Positions 13,285-27,312 of a stretch of DNA of 64,000 bases are shown piece after piece. The notes under the pieces are model-generated. The model saw only the letters and a program-made list of their open reading frames with translations, searched no databases and had not been told where the DNA came from. Numbering within the stretch: position 1 is the first letter of the stretch; each line of letters starts with the position of its first letter. The DNA is from Kudoa neothunni (taxonomy: Eukaryota > Animalia > Cnidaria), in contig OZ199838.1 in the NCBI GenBank assembly GCA_964304625.1, positions 274,148 through 338,147 of the forward strand, read 5' to 3'. The position numbers were made by a program, and so were the translations under genes.

Positions 13285-14185
13285 GGATATATAAAGCGGG
13301 AATTGAAATAATGATTGCGTAGGCTTGTTTTGTGATACAAGAATCAAAAAAAATTGTTTAAAAATAAAAACGAATTATTTATTTTTAGAAATTAATCTTC
13401 AACATTCAATTGTTAGTTATATCATAAGACTAATTATAATATAAATAATTTAACGAGTTTTATCTTTTTTATAATTTATAGCAGCTTTTATAGATTTTTC
13501 TATTCTTTCGTGGTGAATATAATACCCATTGATTAATATTTTTCATTTCATTTAATCAATACGTAAATAACCTGCATATGTAAACCAGTAGTAGAGATAA
13601 CACCTGGATTGTTGACAACCAGTTTTTAGTTAATTACTCATGAACTACGCTACGTGAGTGTTTAAAAAATTAGTTCTATGTTTCAAATGTCTTACATAGA
13701 TTCGCTGGCTCTCATACGTGAATTCCATCGATGTGGCATATGAGATAAATTATTTATTTATTTCTCCTAGCTGGCATAAAGAAATTAATAAATTATTATT
13801 ATTGAAAAACCACAAAATTTTCCAAAAGTTTTAATTTTATAACGTAATTATCAATATTTCTTTACTTTCCACGTTGATTCGATTTGCATTAATAAAATAA
13901 CGTAACTAAATTAACGTACAAAATTGTTATTCCAAATCCGATTAACTCTCCCTTGAAATGTTGATTTATTATCGATTAAAAATAATCTATATGAATTTAT
14001 TTGAAATCATCCATTGAATTCAAAATTCGAAAATTGTAATTAAAGTAAAAGACAAAATTGTCGTGATTTATTATTGATGTTTAAAAATTAAATGAATAAG
14101 AAATTTCAACAAATTCTGAATTATTAGGGAACGGTTAAAATCAAAACGTAAAAATATGTTATGGTAATGCTCCCTAATTTGGTAT

Positions 14186-14510
14186 TGTCGGAGATACGAG
14201 ACTCATACACTGTGCAAAGAACAATATTTTAGGTTCGAGCGTTCCTCTTACGTAATACATCAATTCTAATAAGACTTATGGCACATATTCTATTGGTGTT
14301 GATACAGAACTCAATAACTGGGGGTGCTGGATTCGACCCTCGTCGTTGATCACTCTACTGTTTTTGTACGAGTGTATCTCTATTCCCTAATGGGAGTTGT
14401 TGTTAGAATGCGATTACACTATAAATGTAATTCCATTTGCAATTATAATTCGATCTAGCAGAGAAAGTTGAATCAGACGCTTGAAGCGTTTGGGATGCGC
14501 TGTACTACAT
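14186..14510 (+). mobile_element. Possible LTR plus PBS fragment of an LTR retrotransposon
   Basis: Starts TGTCGG; AATAAC followed by TGGGGG (tRNA-Pro PBS-like) at 14319; GC above flanks; no clean ORF. Confidence 0.25.
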
Positions 14511-14511
14511 G

Positions 14512-17500
14512 TACGAAATCTTCGCAGAACCAAAGTCCTTATGGGTGGAAACGGTTTGAGGTTGTGATTTCTATAGCAACGATGAAGTTAGACTCCTATT
14601 CTCGAGTCATTATGCGACTAAAGTCATCAACACAATATTTCATCAAGAATAACACATAAAACAATTTATTTGATTTTTTTAATAAAGACAAAACTACTCC
14701 ATAGATCTTGTTAGTTTTTCCTTATCCATTGAAATTCGCCGGGGAATTCATTGATGCCATCCATACTTATAGAATCATCTTCGTTAACTGAAGACGTTCT
14801 CTTTCTTTGTGATATTTTGTATTTGATGACTCCCAAGTCGTTTCTATGGTATTCGTATGAGCTCCTGTGTTGCCATCCACATATTCGATGTTGTGGTTGA
14901 CAGTGAGATGAGTGTAGAAGTTGTTAAGAGTGTCATAACTTTTGAAACTATCAGTTATTATTGCGTATCAAAGTTTAACATAAGTTTTAATTTTTTGGAC
15001 CAAAGTCTCAGCCGACCAGTCTGGAACTTCCACTAACAACATTTTTCTTTCAGGAGTTTTTTCCACGCCACTAGGAACCTACACTCCGTTAAAGCCATGA
15101 TCTCGGATATGCTTGTCCTTGCCAAACTTGGACCCGTCAATCTCTACTATTATATTTTCTCCACCAATGATGATATCATCAAATTTCAAACTATAAGCTA
15201 CCAATTTCCGAAGGTAATGGCAGTAATTGATGAAAGTTTATAAAGCATGGCCAGTGATTGTTGTCAAGTGAACGCTTTTTATTCCAACCAGCCAATAATA
15301 AGCCAAATCCAATAAATCATGAACCTTAATTTTCATTTTCTTATTTTTGGAAAAAAATTTCCTCAAAAATAGAAATTTCTCTTTTGTAAGCTTTTGAGGA
15401 ACATCGCCAATTTTTTCTATGGATGGAAAATCTTGTGCCCTCACACATATACAGTTAGAGGGTGGTTTTATCACACTGTTCTTGATAAGGTAACTGATAG
15501 AGACGTGTTCGTTGCAAATAATTTTCTCAAATAACTTCCTTGGTGCAATCATCTAGACCAGCGATTCCCAACCTTTTTGACTCGACAGCCCCCTATTAGC
15601 TAAGCTAAACGAATATGGACTCCCAAGTATTTCATTTCATGTAAATTTTTGTTAGTAATATTTTTGTTGAAAAATTATGATTTTATGTGCGACATTTTCA
15701 TATACATTCAAAAGTTTTAGCTGTATTTAAACAATAATTTTCATTAAAAGCGAGTTGTAATGAAAATGTTCCTGAGGTAATTATCTTAAAACAAAATTTT
15801 TATTTCGATAAACATTAAGAATGTAATAGCGATTTTAGAAATAAGAAACCTACAAGTATGTCTTAATTAATACTGAAGCGATTTTTTATGACTTTGTTGA
15901 AATCCAATTACAGTAATAAAAAAGAAACTATCGAAAAGATAATATTTTTCTCGAAATGTCGTGTTGCCACTGAAAAAAACAAATCAATATTGTAAAGATT
16001 ACAATATACAAAAGTGGTATTCATTTTTAAAGAACTCCGCGATATCACCCTTATGACTAAAACGGATGGATGATTTACTAATATTATAAAATAAAACTTA
16101 CAATTAGTGAGACTTTTGATTTTATTTAATTTCGACGAATAATTCTAAAGGAGGAACTGTTTTTGCAACAGAAACTCACAAATCATATTCTGGATTTAGT
16201 CTATTCCGGAAAGAGTGTTTGATATGGACCAATGTGACAAATCCAGCTTCGCACAAGTATGTTGTTGTGAATGGTATTATCTTTTTAAGACCGTTTCTGT
16301 GAGATTCGGGGAGGGTTTTCTAATAGAGCACCAAAATTGTCCAACATTTTTTAGTTTATATTCATGATGCAGGACTTGCATTGATCGCAGATCAATCAGT
16401 TCTTCTGACAAAGGATCGTTGTCGGCGAAGGTGTTGATGTCATATAATTGGATTTCGAATCCATGAATCGAGGTGAAGATTTCTGATGGTTGGAAAATAA
16501 TTTTCAACTGAGGATTTTAATATTGTGAGACGGTTTGAAATTTCTTCTGACATTATTGTTGGCAATTTATTGGCATCAAGTTGTAGCAAATCTTCTAATT
16601 GTGGAAAGTTCACATAATTTTCGGATAAATCCTATCCTTCCAGAGCGTTAGTTTTGTTGTTAAAGAGCGCATTTTTCAGAAGAACCATTTAAAATAACCG
16701 TTTTTCCCTGGAGAAACAAATTCAAGTTATTGATGTGCTCAGATATCAGATAGGTATGCCATTCCATAAAGCAATATTTTGTCGTCAAAATATTTATAAA
16801 GATCATTATTTCTTTCTCAAAAAAACAGGCCAACCTCATCTTTGATAATAAATAATCGTTTGAGGCATTGACCTATAGATAATCAACGAGCTTCGGTATG
16901 GTAGAATAGCACAGCATAATCTTTGTTCATTTCTCGCATAGAATTTTAAAAGTCAATGGTTATATACCTTGGATTTAATTTCATTCACCACCTTCACTGC
17001 AATATCAAGAAAATCCTTTAGTGTTGATGGGAGAATTTTTGAAGCTAGCGCATATCTATGAAGGAAACAATGTGTTGCCAAAACGTCTAATACTTTTTGT
17101 TTAACAAGTGCACCAAAACCAGACTTTTTCCCAAGTAACAAAGATGCTCCATCGGTGCATATGTTACATAAATTCTTAGTCAATTCAAAATTTTGTTTCA
17201 TGAAAAATCACTCAACAAATAAAAAATATCTGAGGCATTCACTCCTTTTAGCAATGGTTGACAAAATAAAAGCTCATCTTTGAGTTTATCCTCGTGAACA
17301 TAACGGACAAAAACTATAAGTTGGCCGCACTTAGATACATCGGTGGATTCATCAAGTTGTAAACTATATGTAAACGAAGTGTTCTGTAATTCCGTGATCA
17401 CTTGGTTCAAAATGTTTTGAGACGTATCAACTATTCTATTTTTAATTGTGTTATTTGATAGAGCGATGGCTTCAATTAGTTTCCTTTGCTCTTTCCCACA

Positions 17501-18811
17501 GACTAACTCCACCATTTCTAGCGCACACGGATCTATCAATGATTCAGCAATTGTGTGCTCTTTTTTTGTGTTGCTATGTTGTAAGCAATTTTATATGATG
17601 CTTCTAGACATTTCTTTGTTGATTTTATAGATCCAGGTATGTCTAAAGGTTTTGACTTCTCAAGTATTCTTTTTTTTTGTGAAGGTCATCGATTGAGCAA
17701 TTAATGAGAGCTGAATGGAATGAATTGGAATGTTCCTTTAGTTTTGACAGTTTTAGACTTGTATTTGATACAATTTTTCCGCATACGAAACATTGTGGTT
17801 TATGTGTGCCATCCATTTTGGAAATATTTGTAAAACCATTTTAAATATATTCTTCATTATATTGTTTCTTCTTTGGATAATTCATTGCTGTCATCTATAA
17901 TAATAATAATAATAATTATTATTATTATAATGTTAAATAAGTTAACTTCTTTTAAAAAGGTATATAAGATGTTAAACTGACACGTCGTTTGTAATAGATT
18001 TTCGAGATTTATTTGTCAACATTTTAACGTAAACACCTTTTTGATGCATTCTTTCTCCTTAAAGTAAAAAGGTATTCTATGAAAACTTTAGTTAATTTCC
18101 AAGACTTAATAGAGCGAAACGAAATTATTAAAAAATTTATGACAAGTATATAAATTAAAAAATATTATGGATATTAAAACGAATCATCGAAAATTGTTAA
18201 TAACAAGAAGTTTTCTTTTACCTTCAAACAAAATCCGTAGACAAATCGGGCACGCAACAAACAACACGCTGTTTGTAACTAACAGCATTAAAACGATTAA
18301 ATTGTTTTGTTTTATAAAATAGCGCAGATAGAAATTAAACAATATATCATAAAAAATAAACATAACATGTACTAAACTTAAATAATTTTGAAAATTGTAT
18401 GTGTATAATTGTATATCGAAAGGAATTTTGTTGAGGTCGACTTTTCTTATAATTAGGAATTTACGATAGAACCACTTCTGGATGTGAAACTTCTTAAAGG
18501 CACAAGCCCTTCCCACGGACCTCAGGTTGGGAACCACTGATTTAGACGGAGTACGCAACCATCAGCGGCTTACCTATATCTATACTGTATTGAGTTACGT
18601 TAATAATTACAATGCGATAATATTATAGAGGACGGTAAGTGTACATTCGTTTGTTTCTTAATTCCTGAAATGCCAAAACATTAGCCGTGGGGTTTAAATT
18701 AAATGTGATCCTTAGTTTTCGACTATATAGAATCAGATAACAAACACAATACGTTTATTTGACAAATAAATAAATGCGAATTGCCCAACGTTGATTGGGG
18801 AAGATTTCGCC
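14512..18811 (-). mobile_element. Merlin (IS1016/IS1595-like, ISXO2 domain) transposon remnant, interrupted by a hAT
   Basis: Minus-strand fragments 14666-15552: IIGGENIIVEIDGSKFG, HLTVNH, GAHTNTIE. Weak terminal match CGAAATCTTC at ~14514 and ~18800; ends uncertain. Confidence 0.75.
15559..18539 (-). mobile_element. hAT transposon (Buster/SCAND3/ZBED8-like); transposase pseudogene ~16104-17894
   Basis: TIRs CAGCGATTCCCAACC / CAGTGGTTCCCAACC; 8-bp TSD ATCTAGAC/ATTTAGAC. BED finger KPQCFVCG; LQLDESTDV; ICTDGA; HCFLHR; HTEAR*LS; TTYLCEAGF; ends near VSH*. Confidence 0.93.
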
Positions 18812-19963
18812 TAAAAAAGTTTTTTAATAGAATTAAAAAAATATATGAAGACTCGAATTAACCCATAGATACAAAATAATTAAAAAATTTTAGACATCAT
18901 AATTCAACTATTTGGATTATGAAATTTAAATTATGATCATTTCTTTGAAGGACTGTTCCAATCCCGGCGTTGATTTAAAAATTTCGTGGCTCGACACCAA
19001 CGCTAAATAATTTAAGGACAGAGTCGTATTTTTACATTCCGGAATTATTTAAATCTCGTTAGAACATTATCTAAAACGTTAATTTTGACCCGGGGGATTT
19101 TTAAAAGTCAAATTCTAGACCGGCTCGACAACTGTGTGCATCACTAACTTTCAAGAGACAAAAAAATAGAAAAAGAGATAGAGATAGAAGAAAATAAACA
19201 AAAATACATTTTTATTACTCAAATTAATATCCCTTGGCCCGGCAAGAGTTTAACGCACTTTTCCCCATAAACGGCAACAAACCGTGTCAACTTCAACAGA
19301 AATAATTTAAATAATTGAGTGAAATAAAAGTAAAGACACTTGCGATGAATTTAATCACGGGAAGTTAGATTTAGGGGACGATTTCAATGAAATCTATTGA
19401 CACAATATTTCCATTATAATGCTTTAATCTATCCTATTATAGTGTGCTCTACCAATCCACTATTAATGATGCAAATATAGACTTTTCAATATCTACAACG
19501 ATTGATAGAACCTTCGAAGTGTGCTTATCGAGTCAAATACGTTAAAACTCCCGGCAACAAAAGTGTATACGAGCAAACCCCAAATATACGATACGCGCCA
19601 TCATTATATAAAAAGTCAGATGTTATGGCTTAACTTAAATTTGATAAAGCATATAAGGAGGAAAGTTAACTACAACCAACCATCAGCAGGCCATAAGGGT
19701 ATGTTAATCCTATTATTGAACTCAAGTAATCCGATAAATAAACTTTGCATCGACAAAATCACCATTTTCTAAACACTTTTGAGAACATTTGATACTGTAA
19801 AACGATTTAAAGATTTTTTAAAATGTGTTGATTTTTAAAAAATTCCTTAAACGTCTCTCTATAAGCAAACAAATTTTGACGCACACGCGTGTGCTTGCTG
19901 ACACTTCAACTTTGTATATATAGTAGATTGTGGATTTATGTATCTGTTTGTTTCCATAATTAA

Positions 19964-22386
19964 CCCATATGGATTTAGAATGTCGTAAACGACTCGCTAC
20001 CATTTCAATCCTGTAGCGTTCAAATTTAATTATAAAATAATTTTTCATTGGTACCGTTCACTAATTATTTCTATTTTCAAAAAAGAAAAATTTTACTTAT
20101 AGTTAAATTTTTGGAATAAGATGGTGTTAAGGAAATACATTCTACCAGTCAGTTATACCAGCAATAAGTATACATAAATTCAGTCAAATAAATTTAATTC
20201 AATTTTAAAATTACCATTGATAATAAGAGTATGTAAAATTATTTATAAGTAGCATGTGGTAAACGACGCTCAAAACCCACGAAGACCCTAATTCCCTATC
20301 ATGAGCATCGAGGGGTTTGTCAGACTGAGCGATGCTATCGATCAAATTGATGAATTTTGTCTTGCTGAATGTACCGATAATGTCATTTTACCGCTAGAAA
20401 AAGTTGACGAAGTCATTGATGTAGAAGATAACATACATGACTTCAATTATGACATCTGTGAAGTTTTAAATGAGGTTGACAGTGCAGACCAAGTCGAGGT
20501 CCTTAGACCAGATTCGTTACGAAATATAAAGGAATCAACATCAACAAGAATTACTTGGAAGAAAAATATCTCAAAAGAATCGTTTGTTAGTCATAACAAT
20601 TTCAAGGTTATCATAACGAATGATCTCTATTAAGGTTTCACCATAAACTATACCATCACTTAATTTTTATTTGGTTTAGGTAAATACGAGAGTTTTGGTT
20701 TCTTCCTGGTTAATAATATAATAACACATGTGCGCCAAACAGATCTCTACGCGAGACAGAACAACAACCATAATTCCCATACAAAGGCTGTGGAAATGAA
20801 AACATTTATTGGCATACTTATCCTATCTGTAGTATAGTACAAGTTACCAAGGCAAAAAATGTATTGGGAAACTTTGATTTATTCTGGAGTTGGAATTGTG
20901 AAAAGAGTAATGCTTATAAAACGTTTCAAAGAGATAAAAAAATATATATCCATTTTTCTAATAACGATGCTTTAGATAAAAACGGTAAAATGGCTAAATT
21001 AAGGCCTCTCATCGACAAATTAATGTGAATTTTAAAAAATTTGAAATTTTTGATGAAGTTGTTTCTATTGACGAGCAAATGGTTTCATATTTTGATTTAC
21101 ATTCTTCAAAAATGTTTATAAAAAATAAGCTAATTCGATTTGGCTTTAAAGTATGGGTAATGACCAGTTCAAGTGGATATATTCACAGCTTCAAGGTACA
21201 CACTGGAAAAGGTGAAGTCGTGGATAAATCGCTTGGGCTTGGCGCGAATGTAGTTATGAACTTCGTTGATGAAATTAGTGATTCTTCAGGAATTAAGTTG
21301 TACTTTGACAATTTTTTTCCTCTTTAAAATTAAAAAAAGCACTGAAAGACAAAAACATAAAGGCCACAGTTACAATTCGTCCTAATAGAACTGAAAAGCG
21401 TCCATTTACATCTTCAAACATTTTGGTTAAAAGTAAAAGAGGCCACTATGATGAATTTTCTGATGGAAACGGAATTGTTGCTGTTCAGTGGAATGACACA
21501 AAACCAGTCACCGTTATTAGCAACTATCTTTTGTGACAACCATTAATGACAATTAAGAGGTTTTCGAAAGTAGGAAAAAAACAAACTTCTATATTCCAGC
21601 CGTATATGATTAACACCTATAACAAATACATGGGTGGCGTAGATCAGGCAGACAATAACATTGCTAACTATCGTATTTCTATTAGGGGTAAAGATTGGTA
21701 CTGGGCATTATTTACTAATTTAATACCTATGTGTTGTTAAGTCGTGGAGAATTATTATTACTTATGACGTACACTCCATGGATTTATTACAATACATACG
21801 AGAAATAACCCCATGTCTAATTCTAATTACGTTACGCGAGTCTATTTCAGGTGTTAGACGATCATCATTTGCAAATAAAATAATAAAAAATTCTATTATT
21901 ACAGATGATCTAACTAGTACAAGATTGAGGTGTTCAGTGTGTCATAACTCGACTATATACTACTATTGTAGTGGGTGTTCTACTCGATTATATCCAAAAT
22001 GGTTTTAAATCTTCCATAAATACAATAAATAATAATGTATTTCAACATTAAAAATAATATATAAGGTGTCATAATTAAAATACATCCCAACAGGACTCGT
22101 ACGTAATGAGTTGGAGAACGACGTCTCATTACGTAAAATCGCTGCATTACATATAAGCCAACTTTTTGATTTATTTATTTTTGTATATAATGAACGAAAT
22201 TTTTTTTTATTTACATATTTTTCCAAAAATTCTCAAAACTTACAGATCTATTATTTTAAAATGCAATTAAGCATGCTTATAGCATAAAATAGGAACACAT
22301 AAGAAAGTTCAATAAAATGTATGTAAAGAGAAATTGAAAATTTTGCCTCTCGTGGACCAGTGTGGCCCACTCCAGGTATTCAAGGG
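19964..22386 (+). mobile_element. piggyBac element with degenerate transposase (20301-~22008); left end uncertain
   Basis: SIDEQMV, YFDNFF, YNKYMGGVDQAD, Cys-rich tail RCSVC...CSGC. Right end AAGGG-TTAA (TTAA 22387-22390). Candidate left TTAA-CCC at 19960-19966, alternative at 18858. Confidence 0.85.
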
Positions 22387-22499
22387 TTAATGTAGAAATA
22401 GTTTTTTATTTATCCACTTAATTCTATCGAGTGATAATGCGCTAAAACTTCCTTTATTAATCGTCGTTTTTGCACAACTAAACATAAGTGTCCTCCCAA

Positions 22500-23494
22500 T
22501 GGTGTACAGTTATTGATGAAGACGGTAATTTTAGTGATTACTGGACTCAAAAATTTTTCTTCACACATTAAATGATAAAAGTGGTATGTTTGTGTTTTCT
22601 TGAATCAGTTGTTGTATTAGAGGAATATAACTCGAAGCGGTATCAACAAACGAAACATGAGGAATTCTGTGAGAAAATCAAATATAACAATGAAGAATAA
22701 ACGGTCTTAAAATACCTTGAAAGTTATAAAAACCAACTCCAGTCAATTAGTAGTTGAAACCTTAAGATAAATAATTTTTTATCCATTTATATAATTAATT
22801 GGAATTAAAAGAAATAATACCATGTAACAAATAATAATTTTTGATAATTTATTGGGGGTAAGGGAGTTTTTACTTTAAATAATCGTTTTACAAAACTTTA
22901 AAAAAATGAATATTACGTTGATACCTATCTAAAAATTACGATTTTATATTTTTAATCATAATTTGGAATTGGAATATTTCGTTATAAATTTTGAGAAAAT
23001 TATCCCTACTCGTGGGTTATATTCAAGTCAAAAAATTTGGTGTAGTCTGAGATATCATTAATGCGAATAATTTTGATTAACATAATTATATTTATAACTT
23101 AGGTCTCATTTTAAAATACATGTCAACTTGAATGTCATGTTGAAAATAACCATGAAATAATTCTATCAGTGTTATTGTTTAAATATTCCATGATAAATAC
23201 TGAGTAATATTAGCTTTTCATAATTTCAGTTAAAATTCACTAAGTATAAAATGCTTATTATTTCAATTGTAACCTACAATAATATGGCGATCACAAAATT
23301 TCTCCATTCCAAAAAATCTATTTAATTTCTTATTAAATTAATATATATACTAACTTACTTATTGTACCAAAAATGTTAGAGAAGCCTCCAACAGGTATTT
23401 AAGTTCTCAAAAAATGCGTAATCAACAATGCGACCCTGCAAACTTCTGTAACGAGTAAATGTGGCACGAACTCCCCCAGAGTTGTGCCCATCAC
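22500..23494 (+). mobile_element. hAT remnant (GTF2IRD2/Charlie-like N-terminus)
   Basis: WTQKFFF..VVCLCFLESVVVLEEYNSKR.QQTKH BED-like segment at ~22530-22660; hAT-like right-end motif AATGTGGCAC..GTTGTGCCCATC at ~23460-23494. Confidence 0.5.
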
Positions 23495-24130
23495 CGGTTT
23501 AGCATAATTATTCCTTTGGAATAAATTTTCAACAGTTTTAACAAATTACGCAGTATAAAAATACTGCCTATTTTAAGATGTATGTTATCACCGTAGAAAG
23601 ATCTCTTGGCGATTTCTAAACGTAATAGGCGAACGGAAAAATGTTTACGCGTGCGCGCGGTGGCAGGTAAAAGGCGTAAAATGAACCCAACTATCCTACA
23701 ACTTTTTATAGATTTTGCATACGTATTCATTTTATTTTCAAAATTAAGTAAAATATGAGATCTAACTAAAATCCTGGTACTAACATGAAATTCACCCTGA
23801 GGTGGTTTAGAATTATCGCTCAGCATCCACGTGCAAACAGAAGATATGACTACGATTACTCACGGCAGTGAACGGTGAGGTAATGATGATTGATATGTTG
23901 GCTGATTTTTATGAAGACCTTCTATCGCCCCTATCTGAAGCCTCTTTGGATTTAATAATATTACACCTAATCGATCTTTAAGAGATTATTCTAGTTTTTA
24001 AAAGTTTGAATCCATTTTTAGTTTTTCTTCACAATAATTGTTTTACTGATTTCGCGCATTCTGGAATTAACACGACGTTGATGAATTGAGGTTGAGATCT
24101 TTCCAACTCATGATCTATTGATTGGCAGTG
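23491..24130 (-). pseudogene. Possible BEL/Pao pol fragment
   Basis: RIVGFILRL...LLKLLKIYSKGII loosely resembles the Pao RNaseH-integrase linker; highly degenerate. Confidence 0.25.
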
Positions 24131-24195
24131 CTTAAATTGTTATAACACAAGAGAGAAACGCGTTTGTAGTGGTTGACTGTGTAATGGGTGTGGCC

Positions 24196-24382
24196 CAGCG
24201 CTTCCCAACTAAAACTGGACTAGCACCCCCATTTTTTTACAAAACGAAATTCGCATCCCTTTTGCTTTTGCATACGATAAGGTGTGACTGACTTAAAATT
24301 TATCAAAAATTATTTTCAATTTTGATCGATCTCGCACCACCTGAAACCAAAGTTCGCACCCCGTAAGGTGCGGGAACCCCTG
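24196..24382. mobile_element. hAT MITE (~187 bp) inserted in the Gypsy LTR; same family as 62087-62263
   Basis: TIRs CAGCGCTTCCC / CAGGGGTTCCC; TSD GTGTGGCC/GTGTAACC; internal sequence closely matches the 62 kb copy. Confidence 0.88.
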
Positions 24383-25447
24383 GTGTAACCAAAGATAACA
24401 CATGCGAGACCAGCAGCGGAGCGGTACGGCGCCACCGCCTGTTAAGCTGTGGCTCGCGAGTTCAAACTCCGCCCGCCATCGCACACAGAAACGTTATTTA
24501 AAATGATTAAAAAATCTTATTGAGGATTGCTGTTAATATCGCCACAATACATCCTTCTTAAGTTTCGGTGCGTACAAAAACAGTCGGACCATGTTTTCTG
24601 GCTTTAATCAATCAGCTGATACTTTGACATCTTTATTGTTCATTTCTAAGTTAATTCTTTTGTCGATTCGATTGAGAACTCTGAATGGTCCTTCATACGG
24701 ATGTTTAAGGGTTTTTTGTAGGAGTCTTTTTTAACAAGAACAAACATGCATTGTTATAGATGATGTATTGGTAAGTAGCAATAAGGTTTATTGTGATTAG
24801 TGATGTTTTTTTGTGTGTCTCTTTACGACAAGTTGCGATTCACTTGCAAGATTGGAGGCGTCTGACGTATAAGGCGATCTAAAAATTTCTCCTGGTAATT
24901 TTACGAATTCACGCCATATCATTTCTGCGGGAAATTAACCAATATCTTCTTTTATTTTGTTTCTTATACCAAGTTGGACTCAGTCCAAGTGTTTTTTCCA
25001 CTTAAAGTCTTCAATATGAACCATAATTTAACTTTTAAGCTTACGATGTAACCTTTCGATTAACCCCTTGGCTTGAGATTTTTAAAATTCAACAAGTTTG
25101 AGACGTTAGATGTAAGTTGAGAAGTGAACTGTGACTCTCTGTTTGATGTGATACAACCAGGTAGTACAAATCGTTCCATCCACGAGTCAGTCATAATTTG
25201 GACACAGTTACTTGAACAAGTGTCTTAAATGGGTATAGCTTTTTGTCATCTAATAAAGCGGTCTATTATTGTGAATATTTGCCTGAAGCTATCGGATTAT
25301 CGGAGTAGCCTCGTTATATCAGCATGAATATTGCTAAAACGATTCTTAACCAATGTAAACACTTGAATTGGGGGGCTCGTATTTTTTTGGATTTTCGGTA
25401 TTTGATATCGATGCGATTTAGGTTCATTCTCATATTTCTTTGTTCAT

Positions 25448-25567
25448 TTTTTGTCCATATGTAACATTAGATAAAGACTTATTTTGTTGTTCTTTTTTGT
25501 CCACATGTAACATTAGAAATACATAAACTTATTTCTTTCTTCCTTTGGTCGTATATAACATTGGACA
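25448..25567. repeat. About 2.5 tandem copies of a ~48-bp unit (core TTTTTGTCCAYATGTAACATTAGA)
   Basis: Direct repeats visible at ~25448, ~25493 and ~25543. Confidence 0.7.
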
Positions 25568-26173
25568 TAGGGCGAAAGATTTCGAAGACCTGTTAAATGC
25601 ACAAGCATAACTAATTTTTATAAAAATACGTACGTAAGTAACATATATAACTACCTAACTCAACTTAGGGTATTAAATTTTTAATTTTTAAACTCATGGT
25701 AATTTCCAATTATATATTCTGTCCGATTCTTCCAAATACAATATGTTGTAATTGAGAATCATTATCATCAAATATTTTTTTGTAAAACTCAGAGATTTGA
25801 TTTCAAATTTGGAATAAAATGTCCTGTTCTACTATACCTTGATGTTTTTTAAGTTTTTGGTCAAAAACAAATATTCCAAAATGGGATTGTTCAAACGGGG
25901 AGTAAAAATGACGGTTAAATAATATTATCGAATTTGAGATGAGTTTGACACAGTAGATGACGGGTCGTTCGTATCTTTTGGTGGAGGAGCGCGCTTTGTT
26001 GTTTCAAATCACACAAAATAGAAGGAGTTGATGAAAGTGTCCATTTGCACCAAGGTTGCCAGAACTGGTAATTTTTCACCTTCAAGGCAAAAATTTTAAT
26101 TCCGTAGGCGATATTCAATTTCCGGTTTGGTATTAGTAATAAATTGAAAGTATTGTTAGATACTCTTGTAATG

Positions 26174-26638
26174 AGGACAGATAGCACATCGGTGTGACGC
26201 TCAGGCTCAGAATCGTGTAGTAATGGGTGCGAACCTGCCGGTGGTCAAACTACTGCTTCCGTATCGGTGGGTCTCTATCCCGTATTTGGGAGCTGTAATT
26301 ATAATGTACGCTCGCTGTGAGGTGGGATGAACCAGCAGCCAAATTCGCATGAATAGGAGTTGGAATCTCCGGAACCCATCGAAAGGCAAGTAATTTGCAG
26401 GCCTCACAGAACCAACGTCCTTAAAGAGATAGGGTGTGGGGGTGGTGGTTATCTCCCTGAGATGAGGATGTTTAATGGGTTAAAGTCCCACACTAACGCA
26501 TAAGAATAAAGGGTAAGGTTTCATGTTATGTCTTGCTGCAGTTCCTACAGCGTTAATGGAGGAGATCTGACCAACCAGAATTCCACAACCTAATAAGTTG
26601 CGCTAGGGGTTTTACCCTGTAAAAAAACAAAAAAGAAA
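26174..26638 (+). mobile_element. GC-rich retroposed insert (SINE-like / RTE-clade 5'UTR-like) with A-rich tail
   Basis: Exact 9-bp direct repeat CTTGTAATG at 26165-26173 and 26639-26647; tail AAAAAAACAAAAAAGAAA; GC far above flanks; no meaningful ORF. Confidence 0.65.
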
Positions 26639-27312
26639 CTTGTAATGTTCGTTATTAAATCTCCATTCCATTATATAAAGATAGTTCCTATTATTTAACT
26701 CTTTATTTTAATAAACACAAAAATTAATAGATACTGATTTTATATAGAAAAAATATTTCGATCATTATAATAGAAAGTTTCACTTAGCAATTTTTATACT
26801 GAGTTTACTTTTTAAAATTTAAACATACATGAATCTATCAAACGCTATTAACTTTTTTATTTTAAAATATTATGCGTCATCATCTATATTTGGTTAGAGT
26901 TTATAATAACTGCGAACAAAATTATTGGGAAGGATTCAAAATTTGTTAGTTTTTTGCTTTAATATACAAAATAATTCATTCAATAGCGACTAAAAATTTT
27001 TAGTTTCTATTAAAAACAAAAACATCACATAACCAGTTTATGTACAAATATGTTAACACAAATGAGGATATCAGACAAATAAATTATGCTCAAATATTTA
27101 TATGTGATTGAAATATTCACTAAAACAAGATGGGATTCGTGATATATCCATCGAACACATTAGGGGTCCGCAAATAAAAAAGGTTAAAAACCACTGTATT
27201 AGATGTTTAATGACACAAGTTAATAAAATTCCCCATTCTACGCTCAAAATAAGACGATTATTACTCCTAATGTATCAAATCTTTTTCAATATTCCAATGT
27301 ACGTTTAATTAA

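Larger units (their letters stand above)
24138..25570 (-). mobile_element. Ty3/Gypsy 3' remnant: integrase, PPT and 3' LTR (24138-24546)
   Basis: Minus strand: ITSNRESQFTS, AKGLIERLHRKLK, HPYEGPFRVL (GPY/F), D*LKP; purine tract AAGAAGGA; LTR TGTGGCG...TAACA. Confidence 0.75.

Noticed and set aside
25448-25567. Short repeats with variable intervening sequence, CRISPR-like
   Set aside because: Eukaryotic context, no cas genes, and the intervening parts are related to each other. This is a local tandem duplication in a Gypsy remnant.
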